18,677 bases of DNA from Candidatus Micrarchaeota archaeon (GCA_043805855.1 JAZDHP010000066.1:1-18677), one strand, 5' to 3'. Positions 1 through 7,650 are shown, counted from the first letter of the stretch. Translations and numbers: made by a program. Notes: generated by a model not told the origin, from the letters alone.

Positions 1-204
1 ACGCTAGTTGCGGGAATCGCGCAGTTTTATAATTGTGAAGAAATCGTTGGAAAGAAGATAATCGTCGTCGCTAACCTCGAGCCACGCAAGTTAAAGGGAA
101 TTGAATCCCAGGGAATGTTACTAGCTGCAAGCGACGAAGGTAAAGATAATTTAGTGTTGTTAACTGTTGACCGAGAAATTGTCGATGGTTGTAAGGTTGG
201 TTGA
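1..204 (+). CDS. 3' end of a tRNA-binding OB domain (methionyl-tRNA synthetase C-terminal domain or stand-alone Trbp111/CsaA-like protein); 5'-truncated by the window edge
   Basis: Frame +1 translated by hand: TLVAGIAQFYNCEEIVGKKIIVVANLEPRKLKGIESQGMLLAASDEGKDNLVLLTVDREIVDGCKVG*, with TGA at 202-204. VANLEPRKxxGIESQGMLLAA is the MetRS-C/Trbp signature. Not in the ORF track. Confidence 0.92.
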   Translation, partial: TLVAGIAQFYNCEEIVGKKIIVVANLEPRKLKGIESQGMLLAASDEGKDNLVLLTVDREIVDGCKVG

Positions 205-206
205 AA

Positions 207-314
207 ATGAAGTGGAAATGTGGCCAGTGTGGGAATATTGTAACTAGCGTCCCGCAATTTTGCCCAGTGTGCAGCGCGACGCCAGAACGCTTTGTAATGC
301 AGCCTGGTAACTAG
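207..314 (+). CDS. 35-aa rubredoxin-like (rubrerythrin C-terminal type) CxxC...CPxC microprotein
   Basis: Hand translation: MKWKCGQCGNIVTSVPQFCPVCSATPERFVMQPGN*. ATG lies 2 nt after the upstream stop. Matches the WxCxxCG...P..CPxC.A....F pattern. Confidence 0.78.
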   Translation: MKWKCGQCGNIVTSVPQFCPVCSATPERFVMQPGN

Positions 315-391
315 CTTAGGTAATGCTTTAAATTACTGTGCGGCACAATAAACTAGCTTAATTATACGTTTAGAGAGTGAATTGTAAAAAT

Positions 392-610
392 ATGGTTTCA
401 AAAACAGTTTCAAAATGTCAACGTTGCTCGAAAGAAACGCACTACTTAGAAGTTTGTAATTATTGCGACAAGCCAATTTGCAGATCGTGCCAGAAAAGCG
501 CCAGAACTGCTACAAGTGCATCTGGTAAAAAAGAACGCTTAGTAATTTGCAAAACCTGCTGGGGTAAGATGCCAGTTCGCAAAACTTTCCTAAGGCCACT
601 ACGCGCCTAG
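392..610 (+). CDS. Small basic zinc-finger protein with four CxxC pairs
   Basis: CQRC, CNYC, CRSC, CKTC in 72 aa. ATG392 is preferred over GTG377 because an AT-rich TATA-like TTAATTATA lies at 358-366. Confidence 0.8.
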   Translation: MVSKTVSKCQRCSKETHYLEVCNYCDKPICRSCQKSARTATSASGKKERLVICKTCWGKMPVRKTFLRPLRA

Positions 611-1027
611 TCTTCTAGACGCTACTATTGCTAACCCGTGCTTTGCTCTTAGTTGTTCAGCTTTTTCAAAAAGTTTAATTAATCTGCGGCGATGCGTGTC
701 CATTGCTCGTGAAACTAATTTTGGTAATTTTTCGTGTAGGTTAACTTTTTGCCTACGAGCTAGAGTTTCAAGTTCTTTTGCCATGTTATTTGGCAATACG
801 GCCTTTCCGCGTAACTGGGTGTGTTTTGTAGCATAGCGGTCAATTATTCTCAATAAATTTCCAATTTCAATTGCGTGTGTTCTTGATTCCTTGGAAACTT
901 GCATGTGGGTAACGTTAATAATTCTTCCAGCGCTTAGGTTTCTCAAAGTTACAGATGGACGGCGTCTAGTAGCTGCTCTTGTAAATTCCCGTTCTATCCG
1001 TTGTAATTCAAGCTCTGGATTTGCCAT
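599..1027 (-). CDS. Hypothetical Arg/Lys-rich protein
   Basis: 142-aa ATG ORF filling the gap. TATA-like TTTAAA about 25 nt upstream on the minus strand. No family motif recognised. Confidence 0.65.
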   Translation of the reverse strand: MANPELELQRIEREFTRAATRRRPSVTLRNLSAGRIINVTHMQVSKESRTHAIEIGNLLRIIDRYATKHTQLRGKAVLPNNMAKELETLARRQKVNLHEKLPKLVSRAMDTHRRRLIKLFEKAEQLRAKHGLAIVASRRLGA

Positions 1028-1118
1028 ATTATCTCTTTTTAATAAACTTGTTTAAAAACCCGCCACTAGCGAAAAGGCATTGAAATGGTTTAAAATAATT
1101 AACGTGCTTATTCTTCTC
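1028..1118. promoter_or_regulatory. Divergent promoter region with two TATA-like boxes
   Basis: TTTAAA at about 1050-1056, read on the minus strand, lies about 25 nt before ATG1027. TTTAAAA at 1089-1095 lies about 25-30 nt before ATG1119. Both spacings fit leaderless archaeal transcripts. Confidence 0.55.
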
Positions 1119-2081
1119 ATGTCTAATTCTATAGTTCCATGGGTTGAAAAGTACAGGCCGTTTTCACTCGACCAAGTCATAGGCCACGACAATTTAGTTG
1201 CACGGCTAAAATCGTACGTTCAAACGCGCAACTTGCCCAACCTTTTATTCAGCGGGCCAGCCGGATGTGGCAAAACTACTTGTGCGTTGGCAATTAGCCG
1301 CGATTTATTCGGCGACGACTACCAATCTTCTTTCTTTGAGTTAAACGCAAGCGATGATAGGGGAATAGATACCGTGCGCGGCAAGATTAAAGATTTTGCG
1401 CGTTCAATGCCAGTGAACAACGTTCCGTTTAAAATCCTCCTCCTCGACGAAGCTGACGCGCTTACGGCAGATGCACAGCAAGCTCTACGTAGGACAATGG
1501 AAAAATATTCGTCAAACACCCGTTTCATTTTATCGTGTAACTATTCCTCGCGTATAATTGAACCAATTCAAAGCCGATGTGCATTAATGCGCTTTAGCTC
1601 GCTAACTCCAGAAGATTTCAAGAAACTTTTCAATTCAATTGCAGAGAAAGAAGGGCTTTCAATTGAACCAGACGCTTTCGACGCGCTGTTATATGTTGCA
1701 GAGGGTGACGGCCGCAAAGCAGTAAACTGTTTACAAAGCTGTGCTTCTTTCTCAACGAAAATTACTGCAGACGCTATTTACTCAGTTAGCGCCCGCGCTC
1801 GTCCAAAAGAAATAAATGAACTACTTCAGCTAGCGCTCGCTGGAAAGTTCATCGAAGCCCGCAAAACACTTGATAAGTTATTATTTGAATATGGAATTAG
1901 CGGCGAAGACGTTGTGCTGCAATTATTCCACGAAGTTAACCGCGCGGAAATGGACGACAAACTACGGCTAAAAATTATAGAGCGCATCGGCGAATGTGAC
2001 TACCGGTTAAACGAAGGCGCAAATGACCGGATACAAATCGAAACGCTACTTGCCAGCTTTGCACTTTTAAATTCCAGCTAA
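1119..2081 (+). CDS. rfcS: Replication factor C small subunit (clamp loader AAA+)
   Basis: PWVEKYRP, Walker A GPAGCGKT, ELNASDDRGID, Walker B DEADAL and the SRC arginine finger. Start moved from TTG1080 to ATG1119. No intein. Confidence 0.97.
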   Translation: MSNSIVPWVEKYRPFSLDQVIGHDNLVARLKSYVQTRNLPNLLFSGPAGCGKTTCALAISRDLFGDDYQSSFFELNASDDRGIDTVRGKIKDFARSMPVNNVPFKILLLDEADALTADAQQALRRTMEKYSSNTRFILSCNYSSRIIEPIQSRCALMRFSSLTPEDFKKLFNSIAEKEGLSIEPDAFDALLYVAEGDGRKAVNCLQSCASFSTKITADAIYSVSARARPKEINELLQLALAGKFIEARKTLDKLLFEYGISGEDVVLQLFHEVNRAEMDDKLRLKIIERIGECDYRLNEGANDRIQIETLLASFALLNSS

Positions 2082-2546
2082 ATGCTTTTCCCACCAGTTC
2101 CAAATACCGTGAACGGTTCTGCCATAGCCGTCAGCGTATAAGCCCGCTGCTTGAACTCGTATAATTTGTGCAAATTTTCCCCTTAATTTTGACGTGTTTC
2201 CCGGTAGTTTTTCTTCCGGAATTGCCAACGTTGCCCGGTGTACTTTTGCACCCGCGTGTGCCAATACCTTTGCAACTTCTTCTAATCGCTTGCTACTTAT
2301 TCTATAGCCGTGTCGGTTTTCCGCAGCTGCAAGTAATGCTCTGCCGTGAAGCCCATGGAAAACTTTTTCGCCAAGAGCAGCTTGTAATACTAGGCGGTTA
2401 ACGTTTACTTGATGCGCGCGTAGTTCGCGAGTCGTAGTTTCAGCTGAATGAAACGGCGCAATTGCGGTTTGAATCGTAAGTTGATGCTCTGGGCGCATTA
2501 GAAATTCTTGAATTTGCCTTTCGCTTCTTAATTTTAAACTAGCCAT
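2067..2546 (-). CDS. Hypothetical basic protein
   Basis: 159-aa ATG ORF whose 3' end overlaps rfcS tail-to-tail by 15 nt. No motif recognised. Confidence 0.62.
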   Translation of the reverse strand: MASLKLRSERQIQEFLMRPEHQLTIQTAIAPFHSAETTTRELRAHQVNVNRLVLQAALGEKVFHGLHGRALLAAAENRHGYRISSKRLEEVAKVLAHAGAKVHRATLAIPEEKLPGNTSKLRGKFAQIIRVQAAGLYADGYGRTVHGIWNWWEKHLAGI

Positions 2547-2626
2547 TGTTTTTCAACTCGTTATTGTAATTGTATTATCGCCGGTGAAATATATAGCCTT
2601 TTTTACTTGTTGTTGCTAATTTTATT

Positions 2627-3853
2627 ATGCCGACTCGTGAACTTTGGAAAAGAATTGGTACTGTTCCGCTTGACGAAGCGATTGGAATTATTCTTGACCA
2701 GCGCACGCGTTATGGTGCTGCGGTTTCAACTCAATCTGTATCTGCAGCTGCTAAGCGCAATCCAGCTAATGCGGAAGTACTTGCAGAGGCACTTAGAGTA
2801 ATTTCGCCAAGGATAGTGCATTTGAGCCGAAGTAAGCGAAGCTGCGGGGCGCGTTTAGCGCTTTTGGAAAAACAACGTGAGATTTTAACTGCAATGCAAA
2901 AGTATGGCGACAGGCGGTTACATGCTTCTGAGTTAGTTGCAGCGCTTGTTTTGACGCACGGGCTAGGCAAGGAGCAGTTACGGCCACATTTAAACGCGGC
3001 AATTAGGTTACAAAAACAATTAACTCATCCGCCTTTTGACGGTAGTGTAAATTCTTTTTCTCAAGCAATTACTAATGATGGTTTAAAAAGAATTTACCAG
3101 AAGCTCCATGCTGATCCAACTTATTATGCGTCTGCCCTTGAATTAGCTGAAAAATTAAAGTTAGAAAAGAGGGAAATGGTTCCAGCAACTGCTATTTTAG
3201 ACTTGGCAGGTGCCGTGCACAAACTGCCATTTGATTCAGCTTCACGTTCATATATATGGATGCACGCTAGCGGAAAGCCGCCCGCGCCAATTTGGCACCA
3301 TAATTACAATGCATTAGTTGCAGCTATCACTGCCGGGCAGCCAGTTAATGGCCCTTATCTTGTACAAGCTGCTGGTTTAGATAGTTTAGGAGTTGTAATT
3401 CGTTTAGAAAAGCAAGGATTACTTACCGCAGTTTCTGGCCGGCAGTCAAACATGCCCCTGTTTAAAGTTAATCCCTTAATTGAAGATTCAGTCAGGGAAA
3501 CGCACCGCTCTGGAGTTTTGCACAGAGATTTAAACCGAGTGTTGTTAGGCTCTTTTGAAGTAGATAGGCCGTTGCTTTCGCCACACCAGGAAGAAGCTTT
3601 GTTAAAAGAAATTCGCTTTCGCTTAGCTTTTCAGGAACGCACTGACCGGCCCATTGCTGCATTAGCATTACTGCACGGTTTAAATAGAGATACTGCCAGT
3701 TGCTATGCCCGGGGGGTTAGAACTGGCTTGCGTAATTTTTCAGTTAAAAAAGTTCTGGGAGTTGCAGACCAATGGACGAAAAAAGGATGGATGCACGAAG
3801 CGGATTTCCTGCGCATTGCAGCTAGTTTAAACCGCGAAAAAATAATTAAGTGA
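2627..3853 (+). CDS. Hypothetical protein, probably with several HTH/wHTH modules
   Basis: 408-aa ORF. HTH-like segments include SALELAEKLKLEKREMVPATAILDLAGAV and IAALALLHGLNRDTASCYARG. TATATAG at 2592-2598 upstream. Confidence 0.75.
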   Translation: MPTRELWKRIGTVPLDEAIGIILDQRTRYGAAVSTQSVSAAAKRNPANAEVLAEALRVISPRIVHLSRSKRSCGARLALLEKQREILTAMQKYGDRRLHASELVAALVLTHGLGKEQLRPHLNAAIRLQKQLTHPPFDGSVNSFSQAITNDGLKRIYQKLHADPTYYASALELAEKLKLEKREMVPATAILDLAGAVHKLPFDSASRSYIWMHASGKPPAPIWHHNYNALVAAITAGQPVNGPYLVQAAGLDSLGVVIRLEKQGLLTAVSGRQSNMPLFKVNPLIEDSVRETHRSGVLHRDLNRVLLGSFEVDRPLLSPHQEEALLKEIRFRLAFQERTDRPIAALALLHGLNRDTASCYARGVRTGLRNFSVKKVLGVADQWTKKGWMHEADFLRIAASLNREKIIK

Positions 3854-3874
3854 TTTTGTTTCTAATGGCTATGT

Positions 3875-4927
3875 TTATTCCCAGTCAACTCTATATCTCA
3901 ACAGCACTGCAACTTTGAAACTTTTGAATTCCATTCCAGCTTCGTCTTCGCTGTTAAAAATTGTGATCTTCGCGCCCATTTTCTTTGCAGTTGTTAATTC
4001 AGCTTGTACTATTTTGTCCTTGCGTAGCTTTTCATCCAGCACTAGAAATTCAGAAACTGCGCCTGTGTTAATTACTTTTGAAACGTTCTCACCGTAAACG
4101 CTTAACCCATCGTTGCGCCCCAAACTAGTTTTGAACTTTTCAAGCGCTTCAAATTCATCTTGCAACTTTTGCTCAGTCATTAAACGCTGTAATAGCCCGC
4201 GTTTTAGCAGCTCTACAACTGCAGTTGTCTCTGCACTGCCAGCGTGTTCATAAACAACTCGCTTTGCCAACTCGCGGTAATTCGCGTCAATTAATTTCTT
4301 CAAGTTATCCTTTGCAAAGCCAGGGCCAGCAACGAGAACTTTTCCGGTTTTTGCCCGCTTGTCTAATTCGCTTGCAGTTGTTTCAAAATACTTCTTGTTC
4401 CTCTCGTCGAACGACTTCGGATCGCGCTTGTTCGCGTTGTTGTGAATTTCAACGCCAAAAACAATTCCCTTTGTTTCCAGCTCTGCAAATAAACCTTTTT
4501 CCTCATCAATTACAAGTACGATTACTTTCAAGTGTTTTGAACGCTTCTTCGCTTCTTCAAGCATCGCTTCGTGGTACGGGTTGAACTCTTTTTTCACTTC
4601 AATAGTTTCTCCAATGCCTGTGTCGAGGGTATGGTGTTCTCCCCGCGGGCAGAAATCTTCAGGCTCTCCAGCGAGAATCGTTCCAGTAAGACGCAGTTTG
4701 TTGGCAGCTTGTGCGAATTCCACTTTTTCAACTCTAATTTCAATCTTCACTGGCTTTCGCTCAGCTGCACCTGGCCGTAGCGCGTCTTGCGGTTTCCACA
4801 ATCTAAAGCTGTGCCCCTTTGCCTTGTCGCCGGGTTCCACTATCTTCATCAAGTACCACAAATCTTCCAACGACTGCGGCTCGACTTTCAGCTCGCCTTC
4901 TCCTTTGTCAAAATGCCTTATTTTCAT
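3875..4927 (-). CDS. pelA: mRNA surveillance/ribosome rescue protein pelota (Dom34)
   Basis: N-terminal P.SLEDLWYL..IV..GD, LRLTG.I, G.HHTLD, AGPGFAKD (PGF motif) and C-terminal A.LLRY; 350 aa. Confidence 0.96.
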   Translation of the reverse strand: MKIRHFDKGEGELKVEPQSLEDLWYLMKIVEPGDKAKGHSFRLWKPQDALRPGAAERKPVKIEIRVEKVEFAQAANKLRLTGTILAGEPEDFCPRGEHHTLDTGIGETIEVKKEFNPYHEAMLEEAKKRSKHLKVIVLVIDEEKGLFAELETKGIVFGVEIHNNANKRDPKSFDERNKKYFETTASELDKRAKTGKVLVAGPGFAKDNLKKLIDANYRELAKRVVYEHAGSAETTAVVELLKRGLLQRLMTEQKLQDEFEALEKFKTSLGRNDGLSVYGENVSKVINTGAVSEFLVLDEKLRKDKIVQAELTTAKKMGAKITIFNSEDEAGMEFKSFKVAVLLRYRVDWE

Positions 4928-4937
4928 TTTTTATCAC

Positions 4938-5726
4938 TTATAGCGAGTGTTCTTCCACTTGCCATTTACTTTCTCGCTTATTATAAATGCAGCGGTACAT
5001 TTTCAATGCATCGGGACCGCGCTTTGCAATTTCAGCCCGCGCTTCTGGCGTTAGTTGAATGTTTTGCTTTAACAAATCTTCCATTCCTACGTGCCCGCCA
5101 CCAATATTTATCCCAATATTGTGGTGCCCTGTTTTTTCAGCTAGCGCTTGAATTTTATGTGCCATTATGATATTTCTTGCGGTTACGCCTGGATTAACTG
5201 AAGCAGTTGTTTTGGTTATAGCTTTTGAAATCGTTCTCCTTGAAGCATCGCCTTTTCTACTTAGCCAAAACCCGGGACCAACTGTAAGTGTAGCGCCAGC
5301 CGCTAGTCCAGCTATTCTTAAGAATGTCCTTCGCGATGGTTTTACGTGTAACGCTCGGTTTGCGCCTTCACCGAGTGCGCCGCCAGCTAGTATAAATGCC
5401 GGGCCATATAGTGAATTTAACACATTTTCGATATTAGTTAGTCGGACGTCTCCAAGCCAAAGTTCAGTTCCGCTTTCCCGAGCTCGTTGAATTATTTCAG
5501 TTACGCGATTAGCTGCACCTTCTTTAACTCGTTTATTTTGCCAAAATTGGTCTAACTTGTTTAAATTGCGCTGAATTTCGCTTGAATTATTTGGGTGTAA
5601 ATCGCTGCTTTCAATAAATATTGCATCGAGCTTTTCAACTGGCAGCTCAGTTGGGGTTCGGGCTAGATGATATTCTAGTTCCATCGAGTATTTCCTGTTT
5701 CCACTTTGAAAAGGCAGTAACCCCAT
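4938..5726 (-). CDS. Putative TraB/TIKI/ChaN-like fold protein with internal hydrophobic segments
   Basis: Motifs EYH, DAIFIE, ARESGTELWLGD and RNIIMAHKI...NIGGGHVGMEDLL. Internal SRRTFLRIAGLAAGA. Start is ATG5726 or GTG5735. Confidence 0.6.
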   Translation of the reverse strand: MGLLPFQSGNRKYSMELEYHLARTPTELPVEKLDAIFIESSDLHPNNSSEIQRNLNKLDQFWQNKRVKEGAANRVTEIIQRARESGTELWLGDVRLTNIENVLNSLYGPAFILAGGALGEGANRALHVKPSRRTFLRIAGLAAGATLTVGPGFWLSRKGDASRRTISKAITKTTASVNPGVTARNIIMAHKIQALAEKTGHHNIGINIGGGHVGMEDLLKQNIQLTPEARAEIAKRGPDALKMYRCIYNKRESKWQVEEHSL

Positions 5727-5757
5727 ATTTTTCACTTTGACTGTAGTGAAATAATTA

Positions 5758-5835
5758 GTTGCTTTGCGTTTTATAGCAATATGCTAAGGTCTTTCAGTGT
5801 GCTTTTACGCATATTGCAACTAGCACGCAAACAAC
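5758..5835. repeat. Long imperfect inverted repeat (hairpin)
   Basis: Nested pairs: GTTG/CAAC, TTTGCGT (5763-5769)/ACGCAAA (5825-5831), GCAATATGC (5776-5784)/GCATATTGC (5809-5817). Confidence 0.65.
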
Positions 5836-5869
5836 GTCTTTCTACCTTTTTGTTTGGCGCGCTATAAAA

Positions 5870-6199
5870 TTAGCTACACGTGCCTAGTGTGGTGTTTGAC
5901 TCTGGCCTGCAGTACATTCCCTCTGGGCCTTCCCAGTAGCATTTGCCAACTTTGCAATTTACACCCGTGCCTTGCTGGTAAGTGACGGTTATTTTCCACT
6001 TGCTGTTTTCATTTGAGGTCACAAGTGCGCTTGTGATTTGTGAATTTGGAAACTGCGTTTCAACGTAGTTCTGTGCAATTTGCACAACTTCGCTTTCACT
6101 AAGTGTAGTGGAAGGCGTTTGCACCGGCACTAAATAGCGAGGTAAAACTATAACCGCAAGTAGTACTATAATTGCGACTATGACAAACCAGTAACGCAT
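5870..6199 (-). CDS. Small membrane-anchored or secreted protein with a PepSY-like segment and 4 Cys
   Basis: From ATG6199: MRYWFVIVAIIVLLAVIVLP (signal/anchor), a T/S linker, then LSESEVVQIAQNYV...WKITV (PepSY-like). TTAAA lies about 25-30 nt upstream, favouring this start over 6262. Confidence 0.75.
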   Translation of the reverse strand: MRYWFVIVAIIVLLAVIVLPRYLVPVQTPSTTLSESEVVQIAQNYVETQFPNSQITSALVTSNENSKWKITVTYQQGTGVNCKVGKCYWEGPEGMYCRPESNTTLGTCS

Positions 6200-6225
6200 G
6201 TATTTGTTAGCATTCGTTATTCTCT

Positions 6226-6387
6226 TTAACTTTTTGGTTGAAAGGCCGCAGGCCTTCAGCACAATTCCGCGGAATTATGACTGCGATCATCGCTAAGGGC
6301 GATGTCGCGTCAGAAGTCACAAAGACTTCTGCCAGAGTCACAACGCGAAGCGTTGTGCTCATTCAGACCTCTGGCCGAGGTGGTTAA
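6226..6387. repeat. Composite multi-hairpin intergenic element (structured ncRNA or REP/MITE-like element)
   Basis: Five adjacent stems at 6242-6256, 6263-6276, 6278-6312, 6311-6331 and 6339-6357, plus GCCAGAG (6331-6337)/CTCTGGC (6369-6375). Confidence 0.75.
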
Positions 6388-6394
6388 GAATCTA

Positions 6395-6435
6395 AAATAA
6401 ACAAAAGAAGAAAAAAAGCAAAAAATACAAAAACA
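6395..6435 (-). terminator. Oligo-U terminator-like tract after the NPVG-repeat gene
   Basis: Several T4-T7 runs on the minus strand immediately after the stop at 6436. Confidence 0.6.
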
Positions 6436-6699
6436 CTAGCCAAGAACTCTAATTCCAACGTTTGCTGCCTTTGTCGGCTTCCACAGTTTTTCACCAATTG
6501 GGTTTGTCGGTAAACTAGTGCATATTAAGCCAACTGGGTTGCCAGTCTGGTGAATAAAACCAACTGGGTTACTGGCTTGTGGCTTTATTACTGTTGCCAA
6601 AGCAACAGATTGCGGCTTTAGCATAAGTAGCGCACTTGCTTGTGTTGCCATTCCGATTACTAGTAGCATTATAAACGCTGCTAAAATTGTCTTTTTCAT
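6436..6699 (-). CDS. Small secreted protein with three NP[VI]G repeats
   Basis: Signal peptide MKKTILAAFIMLLVIGMATQASA. GAGGTG RBS just upstream, TTTTATATA at about 6731-6739 on the minus strand, and a downstream U-tract. Confidence 0.8.
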   Translation of the reverse strand: MKKTILAAFIMLLVIGMATQASALLMLKPQSVALATVIKPQASNPVGFIHQTGNPVGLICTSLPTNPIGEKLWKPTKAANVGIRVLG

Positions 6700-6755
6700 A
6701 AACGCACCTCTTTAGCTATTATGCTGTGGGTATATAAAAGCCGCTTTGTGGGCTT

Positions 6756-7643
6756 TTATTTAGCGTAATTTTTGTATTCTTTTATATATCTCTTGAAGAG
6801 CCACTGTACAAAGATGGAGTTGTTTTTCTTTACTTGGCTGCGTTCCAGTGCAGTGTAATAACTGTTCCTGTTCTCGTAGGGAATGTTCAAAAGCGGGAAG
6901 CCATGCTTGTGAAGGACGAAGTTCATCAAAAGCCGACTTATTCTACCGTTTCCATCGCCGAACGGGTGAATTGTTACAAACTTCAAATGCGCCAACGCCG
7001 CAAGTTCAACTGGGTGAAGTTTATCCTTGCTTTTGTTGTACCACTTGAAAAAGTCATTGAACAAAATTGGCACTTCGATTGGGCTAGGGGGCATGAATTT
7101 ACTACCCGAAATCGCAATTTGGTAACCGCGTAGCTTGCCAGCTAAGTCTAGCTTAGTTGCTTCAAAGAGCTTCTTGTGCCAGTAAAGCACAATTTGGCGG
7201 GTCAGTTCCTTTTTATAACCGAGCATTTCGTAGAACAGTTTCTCATGCGCTTCTGCCTCTTTAATGTCTTTAACTGGCTTGGCGCTCGGCGTAAGGCCCC
7301 GTTCAAGCAAATCTGCCGTTTCTCGGTAGGTAAGCCTAGAGCCCTCTATTCGATTAGTGTCGTAGGTGAACTTGACTGAAAAAGAGCGAACTTGCTTTTC
7401 CAATACACTTTTTGGAGTCTTCTGTTCTTCTCTAGAGTAGTTTTGTTTTATTCTATTAAGTGTAGGGTGCCAGCGTTCCTTGTAAATTTCAGAAAGAAAC
7501 TTGGTTTTGATCTCTTCAATTTTGCCGGGAATTTGTGTGCCTAGGTATTTCTCCTTTTTTGTAACGCCGTGCGCCGTGCGAATTGAGTGCTCAAGGTAAT
7601 AGTATTCTTTAGCTGCGACGGTTCTTTTCTTTACACTAACCAT
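6756..7643 (-). CDS. Fic family protein (AMPylase-type, class II autoinhibited) with an N-terminal extension
   Basis: Canonical HPFGDGNGRISR motif. Inhibitory (S/T)xxxE(G/N) motif TNRIEG lies N-terminal to the core. Confidence 0.95.
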   Translation of the reverse strand: MVSVKKRTVAAKEYYYLEHSIRTAHGVTKKEKYLGTQIPGKIEEIKTKFLSEIYKERWHPTLNRIKQNYSREEQKTPKSVLEKQVRSFSVKFTYDTNRIEGSRLTYRETADLLERGLTPSAKPVKDIKEAEAHEKLFYEMLGYKKELTRQIVLYWHKKLFEATKLDLAGKLRGYQIAISGSKFMPPSPIEVPILFNDFFKWYNKSKDKLHPVELAALAHLKFVTIHPFGDGNGRISRLLMNFVLHKHGFPLLNIPYENRNSYYTALERSQVKKNNSIFVQWLFKRYIKEYKNYAK

Positions 7644-7650
7644 ACTAAGT

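Noticed and set aside
27..257. 76-aa minus-strand ORF
   Set aside because: Antisense shadow of the tRNA-binding domain and the rubredoxin-like gene.
1080..1118. N-terminal extension of RFC in the ORF track
   Set aside because: The TTG start overlaps the promoter, and the conserved PWVEKYRP follows ATG1119.
3915..5490. Several + strand ORFs
   Set aside because: They lie antisense to pelota and the TraB-like gene and have no coding signals.
6226..6387. attC site, tRNA, hammerhead ribozyme, SRP RNA or RNase P RNA interpretations of the hairpin element
   Set aside because: AAC...GTT ends are present but there are no complementary L boxes and no integrase, and the TTAAC doubles as the neighbouring TATA. 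There is no T-loop or cloverleaf. Minus-strand CTGAATGAG lacks a GAAA after the stem. SRP and RNase P signature motifs are absent.
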